Shown: piece after piece, positions 44,129 through 61,049 of the stretch
Numbering within the stretch: position 1 is the stretch's first letter
Layout: every line of letters begins with the position of its first letter
Source: the human T2T-CHM13v2.0 reference genome, Homo sapiens
Strand: one strand, 5' to 3'
Assembly: GCF_009914755.1 (NCBI RefSeq)
Contig: NC_060944.1
Length of the DNA: 64,000 nt
The notes under the pieces: model-generated
Told to the model about the DNA's origin: nothing
Database searches by the model: none
Seen by the model: only the letters and a program-made list of their open reading frames with translations
Program-made: the position numbers and the translations under genes

Positions 44129-44371
44129 AAATGGAAAGGCTAAATTCCACCTCTACCAATATGTTTACTTAATTTTTATATCCCCCATCTTACTGGTATA
44201 AAACCAGGAACATGGCAACCATTCATTTATGTTTGAAGTGTTCAAAAAATGAGTGACTACATCAATAAATGTACTCAGAGGAAAGCACAGGACTTTATTA
44301 TGTGGGGAATCAAGTTCACAGAAGGAAGCAGATGAATCTTTTGCTGCAGGCTGCTGGAATAGGCAGCACTT

Positions 44372-44377
44372 TTTATT
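44372..44377 (-). terminator. DEFB128: DEFB128 polyadenylation signal AATAAA (second copy at 44294-44299)
   Basis: TTTATT on the plus strand, 43 nt past the stop codon. Confidence 0.65.
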
Positions 44378-44419
44378 TAGGAAGAGTGGAGACCAGCGAG
44401 ACAAGGGCTAGATTTAGGA

Positions 44420-44731
<312 letters not shown>

Positions 44732-46108
44732 TCATGGCCTCCTATGGTCCCAAGTGAACATTATGCTGATAAAAGGAAACTCAGAGGCCCCTCCTTGAAA
44801 AATATCCCAAATTAAGGACATTCAAAAGCCCAGGCTCTCAGCCAATGTCCAGTTGCCTCTGAGAACATTAGAACTGATATGACAAAAGAGAAGAGAGAAC
44901 TCAATTCCTGGTTATCAACCAGAGCCAAGTCCCACCCCTAGGACCATGGCAAAGCTGACTCTCTCCACCAAGCTCCAAAGTCAGCACTCTCTCAGCTCCA
45001 TCTCAGTCTCATGTCCCCAGAGACGGCTAACATGTCACCATGTGCACAAGACATGTCACCATTGGCACAACTCAGCCAAAGCAACTTTTGAAAGAACATC
45101 ACAAACAAGACTTTTTAACTTAATTCGGTTTCACACTCACTGATATGGGCAACAGAAATCTCCCTTTGACAAGATCTCATGGGTCTCAGCAACAGGTGCT
45201 ATTGAGAACTCCTTCCCTTAACCTGGCTCCTCCTGTCTGTCACTCATCACACTCCCCTTGATCTCAGATAAATGTGTTGCCCAGGGATCAAATTCAATTC
45301 CATGAATTTGGCTCTAGAGAGCTACATTGTCACCTTCTCAGAGTAATGCACTGAAATTCTAAGTCTCTTGTTTCTAATCCTTATTTGCCCCTCTACCCAA
45401 AATTTGAACAAGCCCAAAGAATAAGGTTGGAGAAGAGAGACATACTCTCCCTATCCTAAACTTCAGAATCAGGGAACATCTTTGAGGGTTAGAGGAGTAT
45501 ATTTTGGGGCCATAAAAATACAATATGCCTTCTTCCTAGCAAGAGAGAAGGTAACTCTCACTGACAGGGCTTCTACGATGAACTTTGTGCTTCATGCTTG
45601 TAAGTTCATGTAACCTGTACATCAAATAGAATCATGAAATATAGTAATTATACTCCTTCACAGATGAGAAAATTGAGATTAAAAGGAAATAATGTGCTTA
45701 ATTCATACAACCCGTCAATGATGAAGACATATTTTAACCTCACATTGACATGACTCCAAAATGTGTGCTATTTTAATTACTGTTGTAGTACAGGCTGAAA
45801 ATGAATTTGAATGGAAAAGGGAATGGCCAGGCTCTCAGGTGAAAACTGTGTCCAGCATTATAAAGATAATTCTAGATGATGAGTTCACGGATACTTTTGA
45901 AAAGGACTCCTGAGAGTCCACTATAGCCCTGACCTCCTCTTACCTCCTTGGGTGCCTCTCTTCTAAGGCATAGACTCAAGTCAGGCAACCAGGAGAATGG
46001 GTACTTTTTTATGATTTTGGCCAAATATAAATAATCTTGAAAGTCCTGTTCCCACTCTTACAAATAGTAATATCTCTTAGGATGTTATAGTACATTTGGA
46101 CAAGTTAC

Positions 46109-46157
46109 CTGTGAGTACCTCAAACAGCAGAATAATGAGAACCAGAAACAGCTTCAT
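46109..46157 (-). CDS. DEFB128: Beta-defensin 128, coding exon 1 (signal peptide MKLFLVLIILLFEVLT)
   Basis: ATG at 46157; 49 nt; phase-1 donor ACAG|GTAACT. Confidence 0.96.
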
Positions 46158-46440
46158 ATTTACAGACTTCCCAAGAGAAAGAGGCAGCAGAACTTTGTCC
46201 AGTGGTCTGTGTGCCACAGGTCTTTAAAGATGATCCAGAGTTTTGAGAGCTATCAGCGCTCGGAGCTCTCATTTTAACCCACACAGACAGAGAGGAATTC
46301 CAAGTCCACCCCCGTAACACACACACCTACATCCCCAAATATGGAGCTCACAGTCCCAGAATGTTCCACCATATCATCCCTCCTCCCCCTTCCTCAGGAT
46401 ATGCGCCCCTAGAGAGCAGGAACTATGACTTTCCGTCTGA
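46158..46440 (-). promoter_or_regulatory. DEFB128: DEFB128 5' UTR/proximal promoter
   Basis: Unique sequence upstream of the ATG with blocks homologous to the DEFB127 upstream region. Confidence 0.55.
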
Positions 46441-47205
46441 GCTTCCAACCCATTTGGGTCAAGGTTGGTTGGTCGTGGGCCCTGGGTTGTGTGGGATAAT
46501 CCTGTCTTATTCCTATTGTTCCAATGTTCCATCCAGCTACTGCTGCCTCTAACAAAACTAACCCAGTTTGGAAGATAAATTAAGTCATTAGTCGACACAG
46601 AAGCATATTCAACAATAATTTTTTTAATGTATAAAGCTTCCAGATAGTCATTCTAGGAGTAAGATTGCTTTTAGGTTTGGCTAGATAAATTGATATTATT
46701 TGAGAGTTTCCCATAAAGACTTGTCCATCTAGTAGAGCAAAATTCAACAACTGAAAGTTTTCAAAAGATCAAATCTCCTTAGCACAGCACTCAACTTATT
46801 ATAAACTGGTCTCTGCTCTCCTCTCTTGGGACATTTTATGGAACCATCTATGTTTCTCCCAAACTAGTGGGTACACCTTCCTGAACTTTTACTTCCTTAA
46901 TCTGTTTCTTTTCACATTTAAATCCCTCCTTACAGATTATATTACACTCCCCATCCCCTCCATATAATTGGTGCTAGTGAACTCCTGGTTTTCCTTCAAA
47001 ACCAAGTTCAATCATCTCTATATAAGTGAAAGTTTCCCTGACCCAACTAAACAGAGCTGCAAACTCTCTTCTTCGCACCATTACTGTATTTGTACATATT
47101 TTTGTTGATGGTCACACTATGTCATGTTCCAATTATTTGTTTATCTGCAATAGTCTGCAGACCCATAAAGGGCAGGTCTCTGGTCTTATTAGACTTGGAG
47201 TTCTT

Positions 47206-50200
47206 TTTCTTTTTTTTTTTTTTTTTTTGCAGTTGCAAGATTTAATAGAGTGAAAATGGAGCTCCCATACAAAGGGAGGGGACCCAAAGAGGTTAGCCGT
47301 TGCCGGCTCGAATGCCTGGGTTTATATCCCAATCATTGTCCCTCCTGCTGTGCTCTCAGGCAATAGATGATTGGCTATTTCTTTACCTCCTGTTTTTGCC
47401 TAATTACCATTTTAGTGAGCTCTCTTTCCTACCTGATTGGTCACATGTGAGCTAAGTTGCAAGCCCCGTGTTTAAAGGTGGATGCAGTCACCTTCCCAGC
47501 TAGGCTTAGGGATTCTTAGTCAGCCTAGGAAATCCAGCTAGCCCTGTCTCTCAGTACCCCCTCTCAACAGGAAAACCCAAGTGCTGTTGGGGAGGTTGGC
47601 CGACGACCGCTCTAACTGCTTCCTCCTGAATTGGGGCATAGTAGGGGTTGTGCAGTTGAGATTTCCTCAGGAGGGGTGCCTTCGATGTCATTAACATTGG
47701 AGCATGGGCTAGCAGGCCGGTCCAATGGTCCACGGTAGCTCTTAGTCATGGACGGCATCTGTGGCTCCATTTGAAGAATGATTTGTAGTTTTACAGCTTT
47801 GATTCTGGAAAAGACAAACTTAACAAGGAGGTTAAAGATACAGGGATTGAAATGTATGGCCTGCAGTGCAGGGGATTATTTCTTTGGCACACTTTACAGG
47901 CCCTGACTATCTATTTGATAGTTTTGAAAAGGCCTGGTCCAGTAAATAATAATTTAGCCATCTGATAGTTGCTATCAATGCCTAAGTGAAAGGTTTGGTA
48001 AAGGGTTTTAAGTAATTTCAATTGGTTAGCTGCAGGCAAAAGTATTTTTTCTTCTTTGGTGGCTAGCCATCCTGAGGGGAGGAAAGTATGTCCTCTTGAG
48101 GTTCTCCATTCTATTTCTTCTGCTGAGTACTGGGGCTTGGTTTCCTGGAGGGGGTTACCCCACACTAGGGGTCCTTCTATAAGCATTTCTAATGGAGGGT
48201 CCTGTCTTGTGGCTCTTTTGGCTTCAACATCTGCTTGGCAGTTCCCTTCTACTTCCCTTTCCTTTTTTTTTTTTTTTTTATGACCCCGGCAGTGTAAGAC
48301 TGCCACCTCTTTAGGTTTCTGTACAGCCAATAATAATATCCTAATGGCTTCTTGATGTTTGATAGGTGTTCCCTTGGAAGTTAGGAATTCCCTTTCTCTC
48401 CATATTGCTGCGTGGGCATGGAGAACTAGGTAAGCATACTTAGAGCCTGTATATATATTTACCCTTTTTCCTTCTCCTAATTCTAGTGCCCTAGTGAGGG
48501 CTATTAGTTCTGCCAGCTGAACACTAGTTCCTGGAGTGAGGGGATTACTTTCAAGTATTCCATTATCACTGACCACTGCATACCCCACTTTTCGAAGTCC
48601 TTTTTCTACAAAGGAACTTCCATCAGTACATAAGTTGAGGTCAGGATCAGTCAAGGGAACCTCTAAAGGATCCCCTTGAGCAGCGTAGGTTTGAACAATT
48701 ACTTGCTGACAGTTATGTTCTATCTTTTCTTTATTGTCTGGAAGAAATGTGGCTGGGTTAAGAGTTGCACAAGTGCACAGTCGCAGCACTGGCCCTTCAA
48801 GTAATAGAGCCTGATATTTAAGTAAATGGTTGTCTGACAGCCACAAGTCTCCTTTAGCAGTGAGTATGCCATTCACATCATGAGATGTCCACACAGTAAG
48901 ATCTCTTCCCTGTATTAGTTTAACTGCTTCAGATACTAAGACTACTACTGCTGCCACTACCCGTAAACAATGAGGCCAACCCTTTGCCATTACATCGATT
49001 TCCTTACTTAGGTATGCCACGGGTTACAAGCTCATCCCTCAGACCTGTGTAAGGACTCCTAGAGCTATTCCTGTTTTTTTCTGTGACTTATAAAGAAAAG
49101 TCTTGCCCCTTTGACAAGCTTAACACTGGGGCTTGGGTTAGGGCCTTCTTTAGGGCCTGGAAAGCTGCTTCTGCTTCAGGTATCCATCTTACTAATGGGT
49201 ATTTGCTTTCTGAGTTTCCTTAATTGTGTATATAATGGTCTGGCTATTTCGCCATACCTGGGAATCCATATTCTGCAGAAACCTGTTACGCCAAGGAAGC
49301 TTTTAGTTGCTTTAGGGTTTTGGGATGAGGATCAGCCAGTATAGGCTGGATATGTTCCTCACTGAGGGCCCTGGTGCCTTTGGATAATTTGAGCCCTAAG
49401 TATTTAACCTGCTGTGAGCAGAGCTGAGCCTTTGGTTTGGAAACCTTATAGCCACAGGTGGCGAGGAAATTTAAGAGTGCTTGGGTGGCTTGATTGCACA
49501 AGGTTTCTGAACGGGCAGCTAAAATTAAATCATCCATGTACCAAAGGACAAGAGTGTCCAGGTATGAGAACTGGCTCAAGTCTTAGGCTAATGCCTGGCC
49601 AAATAGATGGGGGTTATCCCTGAACCCTTGGGGTAAAACAGTCCAGGTGAGTTGAGATGTTGGGTTCGAAGGATCTTCAAAGGTAAACAAGAATTGAAGG
49701 TCAGGATGTACAGGGATGCAGAAAAAGGCATCCTTAATGTCCAGGACTATAAACCACTCTGCTTCCTCTGGTGTTTGGGAAAGCAGAGTATACGGGTTAG
49801 GTATAGGTGGGTATGGAGCGACAATGGCCTCATTGATAATCCTGAGATCTTGCACTAACCTCCACTGTCCGCTGAGTTTCTGTACTCCTAAAATTGGAGT
49901 ATTGCAGGGGCTATTGCATGGTTTTACTAGGCCTTGGGCTTTTAGGTCCTTAAAAATATTTTGGAGTCCTTGTTGGGCCTTGGGTGTAAGGGGGTACTGC
50001 CTTTGGTAGGGAAAGGAGGTGAAATCCTTTAGTTTAACTCAAACAGAATGGGCATTCTTTGCTCGTCCATGTTGTCCTTCTGTTGCCCAGACTTCAGGAT
50101 TAATTCCTTCCTCAAGCAGGGGGACAATAAACGGGTGTTCTTTCTCCTATGTTCAGGTGTATAATGGCCCCTGCTTTCGCTAGAATGTCTCTCCCTAACA

Positions 50201-50704
50201 AGGGAGTGGGGCTTTCAGGCATAATTAGAAAAGCATGTGAAAAGTATAAAGTTCCCCAGTCACAACTTAGTGGCTGGGAGAAGTATCTAGTGACTGGCTG
50301 TCCTAGGACCCCTTGGATAGTGACAGATCTGGAGGACAGTTGTCCGGGACAGGACAGTAAGACTGAGAAGGCTGCGCCAGTGTCCAGGAGACAGTTAGCC
50401 TCCTGGCTCTCAATGGTCAAGCATACCCGGGACTCTGTGAGGGTGATGGCATGGGCTGGAGCTTGCCCTGGGCACCCTCAGTCCTTCTGCTGGATCATCT
50501 GGTTAGTGGCTTCTGACTCAGAGGACCTTCGTCCCCTGGGGCAGTGGGCCTTCCAGTGATTCCCTTGACATAAGGGGCATGGATGAGAGGGTGGCTTATT
50601 TCTACTTGGACAATCTTTTTTAAAGTGTCCTTGTAGACCGCACTGGAAGCAAGCCCTATTAGGCATTCGATTTGCCCAGTTTTTCCCTTTTCCAAAGCCT
50701 CCTC
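47206..50704 (-). pseudogene. HERV-W (HERV17/LTR17) processed pseudogene, 5' truncated in gag
   Basis: NC zinc knuckle CFQCGLQGHFKKDC, protease LLDTGA, RT YMDD, RNase H TDGSS; single LTR of U3-R only; poly(A) tail; 14-bp TSD GACT(T/A)GGAGTTCTT at 47192-47205 and 50705-50718. Confidence 0.95.
47229..47553 (-). promoter_or_regulatory. LTR17 U3-R (no U5)
   Basis: Starts TGAGAGACAGG after the PPT; TATAAA at 47321-47326 and ATTAAA at 47241-47246 (minus strand), then poly(A). Confidence 0.9.
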
Positions 50705-51263
50705 GACTAGGAGTTCTTAACTCATAGCACAAAATTCATGCTATATGCTCAATACATAATCACTGAATGGCTGAAAAGTACTGAACAAATTACTGCTAGA
50801 TAAAATACTCCAACACAGCAATAAAGTTAATTATGGCATTTCCTTTAAAAATGCTGTTTACCACTTTTTGCAATTTCTAGGCACCTAATTATAGTAATGA
50901 GGTCCCATCTAATCCAAATATCTTTCTGTGACAGTATCTGGAAGAATGTTGGAATTTCTGAAAGCTGTAGAAGTAGCCGTTGATGATTAAACTCTTATCA
51001 CAACATAGTCAGGGAAAGAGTAAGGTTAGGAATTAGTATTGTATATAGCTTACTATGGATACCAGTAACCAGAGCCCTTATCCCCCTCAGTTAGTAGCTG
51101 TATACCTTGTAATCCTGGAGTGGCACAGAAAATAAAGATTGGTGAGGCTTACAGAATCTCATCAAATCATATTTATCATATGAAGACAGCTAAGTTAATG
51201 GGTGCAGGAAATTTAGCCGCACGAAGATCAGATGTGTGAATATTTATTAAGGGCTAGGTGCAG

Positions 51264-51433
51264 TGGCTGGGATTACAGGCATGCACCATCATGCCCAGCT
51301 AATTTTTGTATTTTTAGTAGAGATGGGGTTTCACCACGTTGGCCAGTCTGGTCTTGAACTCCTGACCTCAGGAGATCCACCCACCTCAACCTCCCAAAGT
51401 GCTGGGATTACAGGCATGAGCCACCACGCCTGG
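51264..51433 (-). mobile_element. Partial AluS (left arm and linker)
   Basis: Alu left-arm sequence; most of the right arm and the tail are absent. Confidence 0.88.
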
Positions 51434-52278
51434 CTTGTTTTTTTGTTTTTGTTTTTGTTTTAATTTTCTAAGTCTTTCTTGCTGAGGGTCTGTGGATCAA
51501 GGAAATACTTATTCAAAAAACAGGTATTAAGTTCCTGTTAATAAATACAAGAAGAAAAGTGCTAACTGAATCACCTGTGGGTTTAAAGACCACCATCAAA
51601 GCTACAATTTTGGAGGACAGCCAACTGCTCCCTTGTTCTGTAATTCAATTTTACTCATTGCTGTAAGGGAGTTGGTTCCATTTCTAAATAAATTAAACAG
51701 AGATAACCCAAGGATTAGATGAATATAAGTCCAGCTATGCAGGAAATCGTTTGCCACCTTAGTGCACAATAAGAACTAAGAAGTTGGACTCCAGATTAGT
51801 GTATGGGATTTCTTTTAGCTTTTTCTAACTAGAATCAAGAAAGATGAGATATTTGACTGTTCTAAACCTTTACTTCAGCCAAGTATGGTGCTCTGGAAGC
51901 TTCTCAACCCCACTCCCACTGCCTCCATGTTCAAGACCATCAAATAAGAGGGAATTTCCTCTCCAAGTAGATGTCCATCTTCTACAACATTTTTTCCTAC
52001 GTCTGATAGATACACTCTAGCAGAACTCCAGTAGCATATTTCACCCAGGATACAAAGGTGTATTTGTCAGCACCAGTCCTGCTGATGTTTTTCCTCAAAT
52101 TCTGCATTGTTTCTTTCCAAATCTCAAAACCTCCCAGAAAATCCTTCTTGTCTTTTAAGGCTCAGATAAAAATAAGACCTCCTCTGTGATGTCTTCCTAA
52201 CTCCTCTGATAGACTTGATTAATTACTATTTTGAACCCCCACAGCTCTTTCCATTTGTATTTGTAACACTAATCCCAT

Positions 52279-52280
<2 letters not shown>

Positions 52281-52319
<39 letters not shown>

Positions 52320-52323
52320 TGTG
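52281..52323. repeat. (GT)n microsatellite
   Basis: About 20 GT units. Confidence 0.95.
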
Positions 52324-52329
52324 TATGAA

Positions 52330-53136
52330 TTTTTTTAGCTTTTATTTTAGGTTCAGGAGAACATGTGCAGGTTAGTCACATAGGTAAATTGTATGTCACA
52401 GGGATTTGGTGTACAGGTTATTTCATCACCCAGGTAATAAGCATAGTACCTGATAGGTAGTTTGTTGATTCCCACCCTCCTCCTACCTCAAGTAGGCCCC
52501 GGTGTTTGTTTCCTTTTTTGTGTCCAGGTGGACTCAATGTTTAGCTCCCATTATAAGTGAGAACACGTGGTATTTGGTTTTCTGTTCCTGTGTTAACTCA
52601 CTTGGGATACAGGCCTCCAGCTCCATCCATGTCCCTGCAAAAAACATGATTTCATTTTTTATGGCTGTGTAGTATTCGATGGTGTATATGTACCATATTT
52701 TATTTATCCAGTGTACCATTGATGGGCATTTAGGTTGATTCCGTGTCTTTGCCATTGTGAATAGTGCTGCAATGAACATACACGTGCATGTGTCTTTATG
52801 GTGGAATGATTTATATTCCTTTGGCTATATACCCAATAATGGAATTGCTGGGTCGTATGGTAATTCTGTTTTAAGTTCTTTGAGAAATTGCCAAACTGTT
52901 TTCCACAATGGCTGAACTAATTTACACTCCCACCAGCAGTCTAAAAGCATTCCCTTTTCTCCACAACCTCGCCAGCATCTGTTATTTTTTCACTTTTTAA
53001 TAATAGCTATTCTGACTGGTGTGAGATAGTATCTCATTGTGGTTTTGATTTGCATTTCTCTAATGATAAGTGATGTTGATCTTTTTTTTTCTTTCAAATG
53101 CTTCTTAGCCGAGTATATGTCTTGTTTTGAAAAGCG
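52330..53136 (-). mobile_element. L1PA15/16-like 3' end (host of a nested L1; resumes briefly at ~55650-55674)
   Basis: Reverse 3' UTR and ORF2 end, broken at TTTTGAAAAG|; continuation AAAGTGTCCGTTCATG after 55650. Confidence 0.82.
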
Positions 53137-55652
<2,516 letters not shown>

Positions 55653-55674
55653 GTGTCCGTTCATGATCTTTGCC

Positions 55675-55836
55675 TTTTTTTTTTTTTTTTTTTTTTTTTG
55701 ACAGAGTTTTGCTCTTGTTGCCCAGCCTGGAATGCAATGGCATGATCTTGGCTAACTGCAACCTCCACCTCCTGGATTCAAGCAATTCTCCTGCCTCAGC
55801 CTCCCAAATACCTGGGATTACAGGTGCCCACCACCT
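55675..55836 (-). mobile_element. Alu right arm only
   Basis: Poly-T plus right monomer, ending abruptly. Confidence 0.88.
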
Positions 55837-55839
55837 CAA

Positions 55840-58010
55840 AGTAAATTTCTTTGAGTTTCCTCAACACAGCTATTGTGAATTATCTGTCAGAAAAGTCACA
55901 TATCTCTGTCTCTCTGGAATGGCCCCTCCTGCCTTATTTAGTCCATTTGGTGAGGTCATATTTTCCTGGATGGTGTTGATGCTAGTAGATGTTCTTCAGT
56001 GTCTGGGCATTGAAGAGTAGGGTATTTATTGCAGCCTTCACTGTCTGAGCTTGTTTGTACCTGTCCTTCTTGGGAAGTCTTTCCGAATATTCAAAAGGTC
56101 TTGAGTGTTGTGATCTAAGCTATATCTGCTTTAGGGGGTACCCCAAACCCAGTAATACTGTGGTTCTTGCAGACTCTTAGAGATACCACCTTGATGGTCT
56201 TAGACAAGATCTGAGAAAATTCTCTGGATTACCAGGCAGAGGTTCTTGTTCTCTTCCCTTGCTTTCTCCCAAACAAACGGAGTCAGTCTCTCTCTCTCTC
56301 TCTCTTTTCTGAGCTACCTAAAGCTGAGGATGGAGTGACATAAGCATCCCTGTGGCCACCAACACTATGACTGCACTGGGTCAGACCTGAAGCCAGCACA
56401 GCCCTAGGTCTCACCCAAGGCCTGCTGCAACCACTCCCTGGCTACTTCTCAAGGCCCTGAGGCTCTACAATCAGCAAGTGGCGAAGCCAGCCAGGACTGT
56501 GTCCTTCCTTTCAGATCATAAAGGTACCCCAGGCCCAGGATGGATACAGAGGTTCCCATGGGGACTCCGAGACTAGAGTAACAAACCTTAGAAATCTACC
56601 TGGTGTTCTATTGTACTGCAGCTGAGCTTGTACTCAAACCACAAGACTCAGTCCTCCCCACTCTTCCCTCTCCTTTCCAAAAGCAGAGGAGCCTTACTTC
56701 GTGGCCACCAAAACCACAGGCCACAAGGAATACTGCCAGGCTACTGCTGATGTTCCCTTTAAGCCCCAAGGGTTCTTACGTCAGCTTGTGGTGAATGCTG
56801 CCTGGCCTGGGACTAATCCTTCAAGAAGGTAGGCTCCCCTCTGGCCCATGACAGGTCCAGAAATATTCAAGAGTCAAGTCCTAGAATCGAGGACCCCAAG
56901 AGCCCACCTGATGCTCTACCTCCTTGTGGCCAAGCTGGTACCTAAGGTGTAAGACAAAGTTCCCTTCATTTTTTCTCTGCTTTTCTCAAGCAGAAGGAGT
57001 TCTGCCCTATAGCCACCACAGATGGGGATGTGTTGAGTGTCACCTGAAGCCAGAAAGTCTCATGGGTTCACCCAAGGCCATCAGTGTGGAACCTGGTTAT
57101 CACTGCTGGTTATTCAGGGCACAAGGGCTCTTTAGTTAGCAGGTGATTAATGCTGCCAGGACTGGGTCCTTCCCTTCAAGGCAGTGGGTTCCCTTCTGGC
57201 CCAGGGTGTGTCTAGAGATGTTTTTCAGGAGCTACGTCCTGGAAGAGGGTCTGTCAACTATCTGGTGCCTGATCCTGCTGTGGCTGAGCTGGTATCCAAG
57301 ATGCAAGACAATGTTCTTCCTACTCTTCTCTCTCTTCTCCTCAAGTGGAAGGAAATGGTCTCTTTTGGAGCTATGAGTTGCGCAGCCTGGGGTTAGGGGA
57401 GGATGATGTTAGAACTCCCTTAGCTGCCCTAGCTACTGTTTTAGTAGGTCATGTGCCCCCCAGTCCACTGTCTCTAGGCCCAGTTCAGCACTAGGACTTG
57501 CCTAAGAGTTGCAGTCCTTGGGGTTTAGACTGCTTTTCAAGTTTGCTTAGAGACCCAAAGCCCACAGTGGAAAGCTTTGCATGTATTCAAGTTCCGACCA
57601 CTGAGATCAGCAATTCCCCTCTGGTTAGGGCTGGTTTAAATGCTTCCTCTGTGGGTGGGCCTCAGCTGCATTTGGTCCAGTTTTCCTTTCTGCTCTAACT
57701 GGGCAGCACTGAGTTCACTGCCTCACAATTGCCGAGTTTTCCATCCCTCCTCCAGCACCCAGAGATTATCTTTGCATGCTGCTACCGACAGGGCAGTGGG
57801 AGTGGGGAGTGCAGGGTGGCAGCTGTGATTGAGGACTGTGTTTTCTATTTCTTCAGTGCCTCCTTCAGTGGTAGGAACTAAAATCAAGTGCTATGATTCT
57901 TATTCTTACGAAGGTGTTTTTTGTGTAGATAGTTGTTAAATTGGTGCCTTTGCACAGGGGAGGGAGGACGATCAGCGGAGCCTTCCATTCAGGCATCTTG
58001 CTCTGCCTCC
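55840..58010 (-). mobile_element. L1M/L1PB-type 5' UTR and ORF1 start
   Basis: Internally repetitive GC-rich UTR ending GGCATCTTG (reverse of the CAAGATG motif). Confidence 0.7.
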
Positions 58011-58201
58011 TTTTTCCATAAATAATTTTTGGGAGTCTAGTATGTTCCAGGAACTCTTTCAGGTCCTGAAAATTAGACATGCATTCATGGAGCATACATT
58101 CAAAAGTGGGAAGCAGATAAAAAATCATATGAATAAATATATAGTATGTCAGATGGTGACAGGGCTCTGGAGCAAAAGAAGATATAGAAAGAAGATGACA
58201 A

Positions 58202-58492
58202 GGCCAGGCACGGTGGCTCACACCTGTAATCCCAGCACTTTGGGAGGCTGAGGCGGGCGGATCACCTGAGGTCAGTAGTCCAAGGCCAGCCTGGCCAACA
58301 TGGCGAAACAAAATACAAAAATTATCCAGGAATGATGGCGGGTCCCTGTAATCCTGGCTACACAGGAGGCTGAGGTGGAAGAATCACTTGAACCCAGAGG
58401 TGGAAGTTGCAGTGAGCCAAGATCATGCCATTGCACTCCAGCCTAGGCAAAAGAGGGAGACTCCATCTCAAAAAAAAAAAAAAAAAAAAAAA
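58202..58492 (+). mobile_element. AluS inserted within an L2 (~58020-59480)
   Basis: Alu dimer plus poly-A; flanks have L2 motifs (GCAAAGGCCCTGAGG, TAGACATCTAAGTGGA). Confidence 0.88.
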
Positions 58493-60024
58493 AGTGCTGA
58501 GCAAAAAAGAGTACAGTTTTAAATGAGGTATCTGTGAAAAGACTCCTTGAGGCAGTGACATTTCAGGAAGGATGTAAAAGTTATCTGGGGCAAGAGAGTG
58601 TCAGGCAATGAGAAGAGCAAGTGCAAAGGCCCTGAGGTGGGACCATGCCCAGTGTGTTCAAGAAGTAGCAAGAAGACCACATGGATAATGTGAAGCAATG
58701 AGGAAAGAGAAAAAGGGGATTATATCAGAAAAGTAATGGGGGTGCACATTTGGGGTTACAATAAAGAATTAGACTTTTCCTCTAAGATGGAGGTTATTGG
58801 ACAGTGCTGACATGATCTGATGTATTTTCAAAAGATGCCTCTGGCTTCTGTGGTCAAAACAGATTGAGAGGGAGGGAAAGTATAAAAGTGGAAAACCTGT
58901 TGCATGGGCATTACAAAATCTAAGTGACAGCTAATAGGGCTTAGATAGAGAGCATCAGAGAAGAGGGTGGGAAATGGTCAGACTCTTACATACCTATTGA
59001 AAATACAGTCACTCGTAGATTGAAGAGAAAGGAAGAAGTCAAGATAACATCACAGTTTTAGTCTGAGTAACTGAAAGAATGAAGTTGTCACTGACAGAGA
59101 TGGATATAACAGGAGAAAGTTTAGATTGGTCTTTTTGCTTGAGGGAGGATAAAAACCTTTGTTTGGGATACGTTTGCTTTGGAGTGCTATAGACATCTAA
59201 GTGGAATTGTCTTGTAAACAGGAGAGATTTTTAAGCCATGAGACTGAATGGGATTGTCAAGGCTATGACTGCAGAAAAGAGCCTAATGCCTGAGACCTAG
59301 AACTCCCCAATGTTGATGAATAAGAAGCAGCAAAGGACACTGAGAAGGTTCATTCCAGTGAGGTCGGAGGAAAACCAAGAGAACATGATGCTCTGGGAGC
59401 TTAATTAAATTAAGTTCATCAAGGAGGATAAAGCACCAAATGCTGCTGATACATCAAGATGAGGCATGAGAATTGATCAGTGGCCTACCAGAATCCCAGC
59501 TCCATGACCTCTTACCAGATGCCAAGTAGATGACAAATGCATTTCAAATGCATTGCTTACTTTAATCATCACAAGAACACTATGAAGCAGAAATTAATAT
59601 ACCTCAATTTTTAAAACTGGAAAACTACAATTTAGGGAGCTAATAATGTGCCCAATGTCACACAGCCAATAAGGAATTAACTGGGATCAACACAGGTCTG
59701 CATGAACCTAAAATTAAAGGCCTTAGCCACTATGCTAAGCTGCCTCTCCAGCTGCCTTCCATGGGTCAATTCTAGGGAGACTGAAGACAAAGTATTCAAA
59801 TAAAAGATGTTGCTTTATTCAAAAAATGTATTGGCCATGTGCTTGGCTGGACATTCTTCCATGACCTACTCCTTTATACTCTATTCATCACTTACAGGGC
59901 AGCCTGTTTTAAGAGAATTCATATTTCTTATTTCTGAAGATGACATTATTACATCCTGGAAGAAATATTGATTGCCCATTTCAGTATATTCCTAAGTCTT
60001 TTTGTTCCTCTGTGTCAATTCTTT

Positions 60025-61049
<1,025 letters not shown>

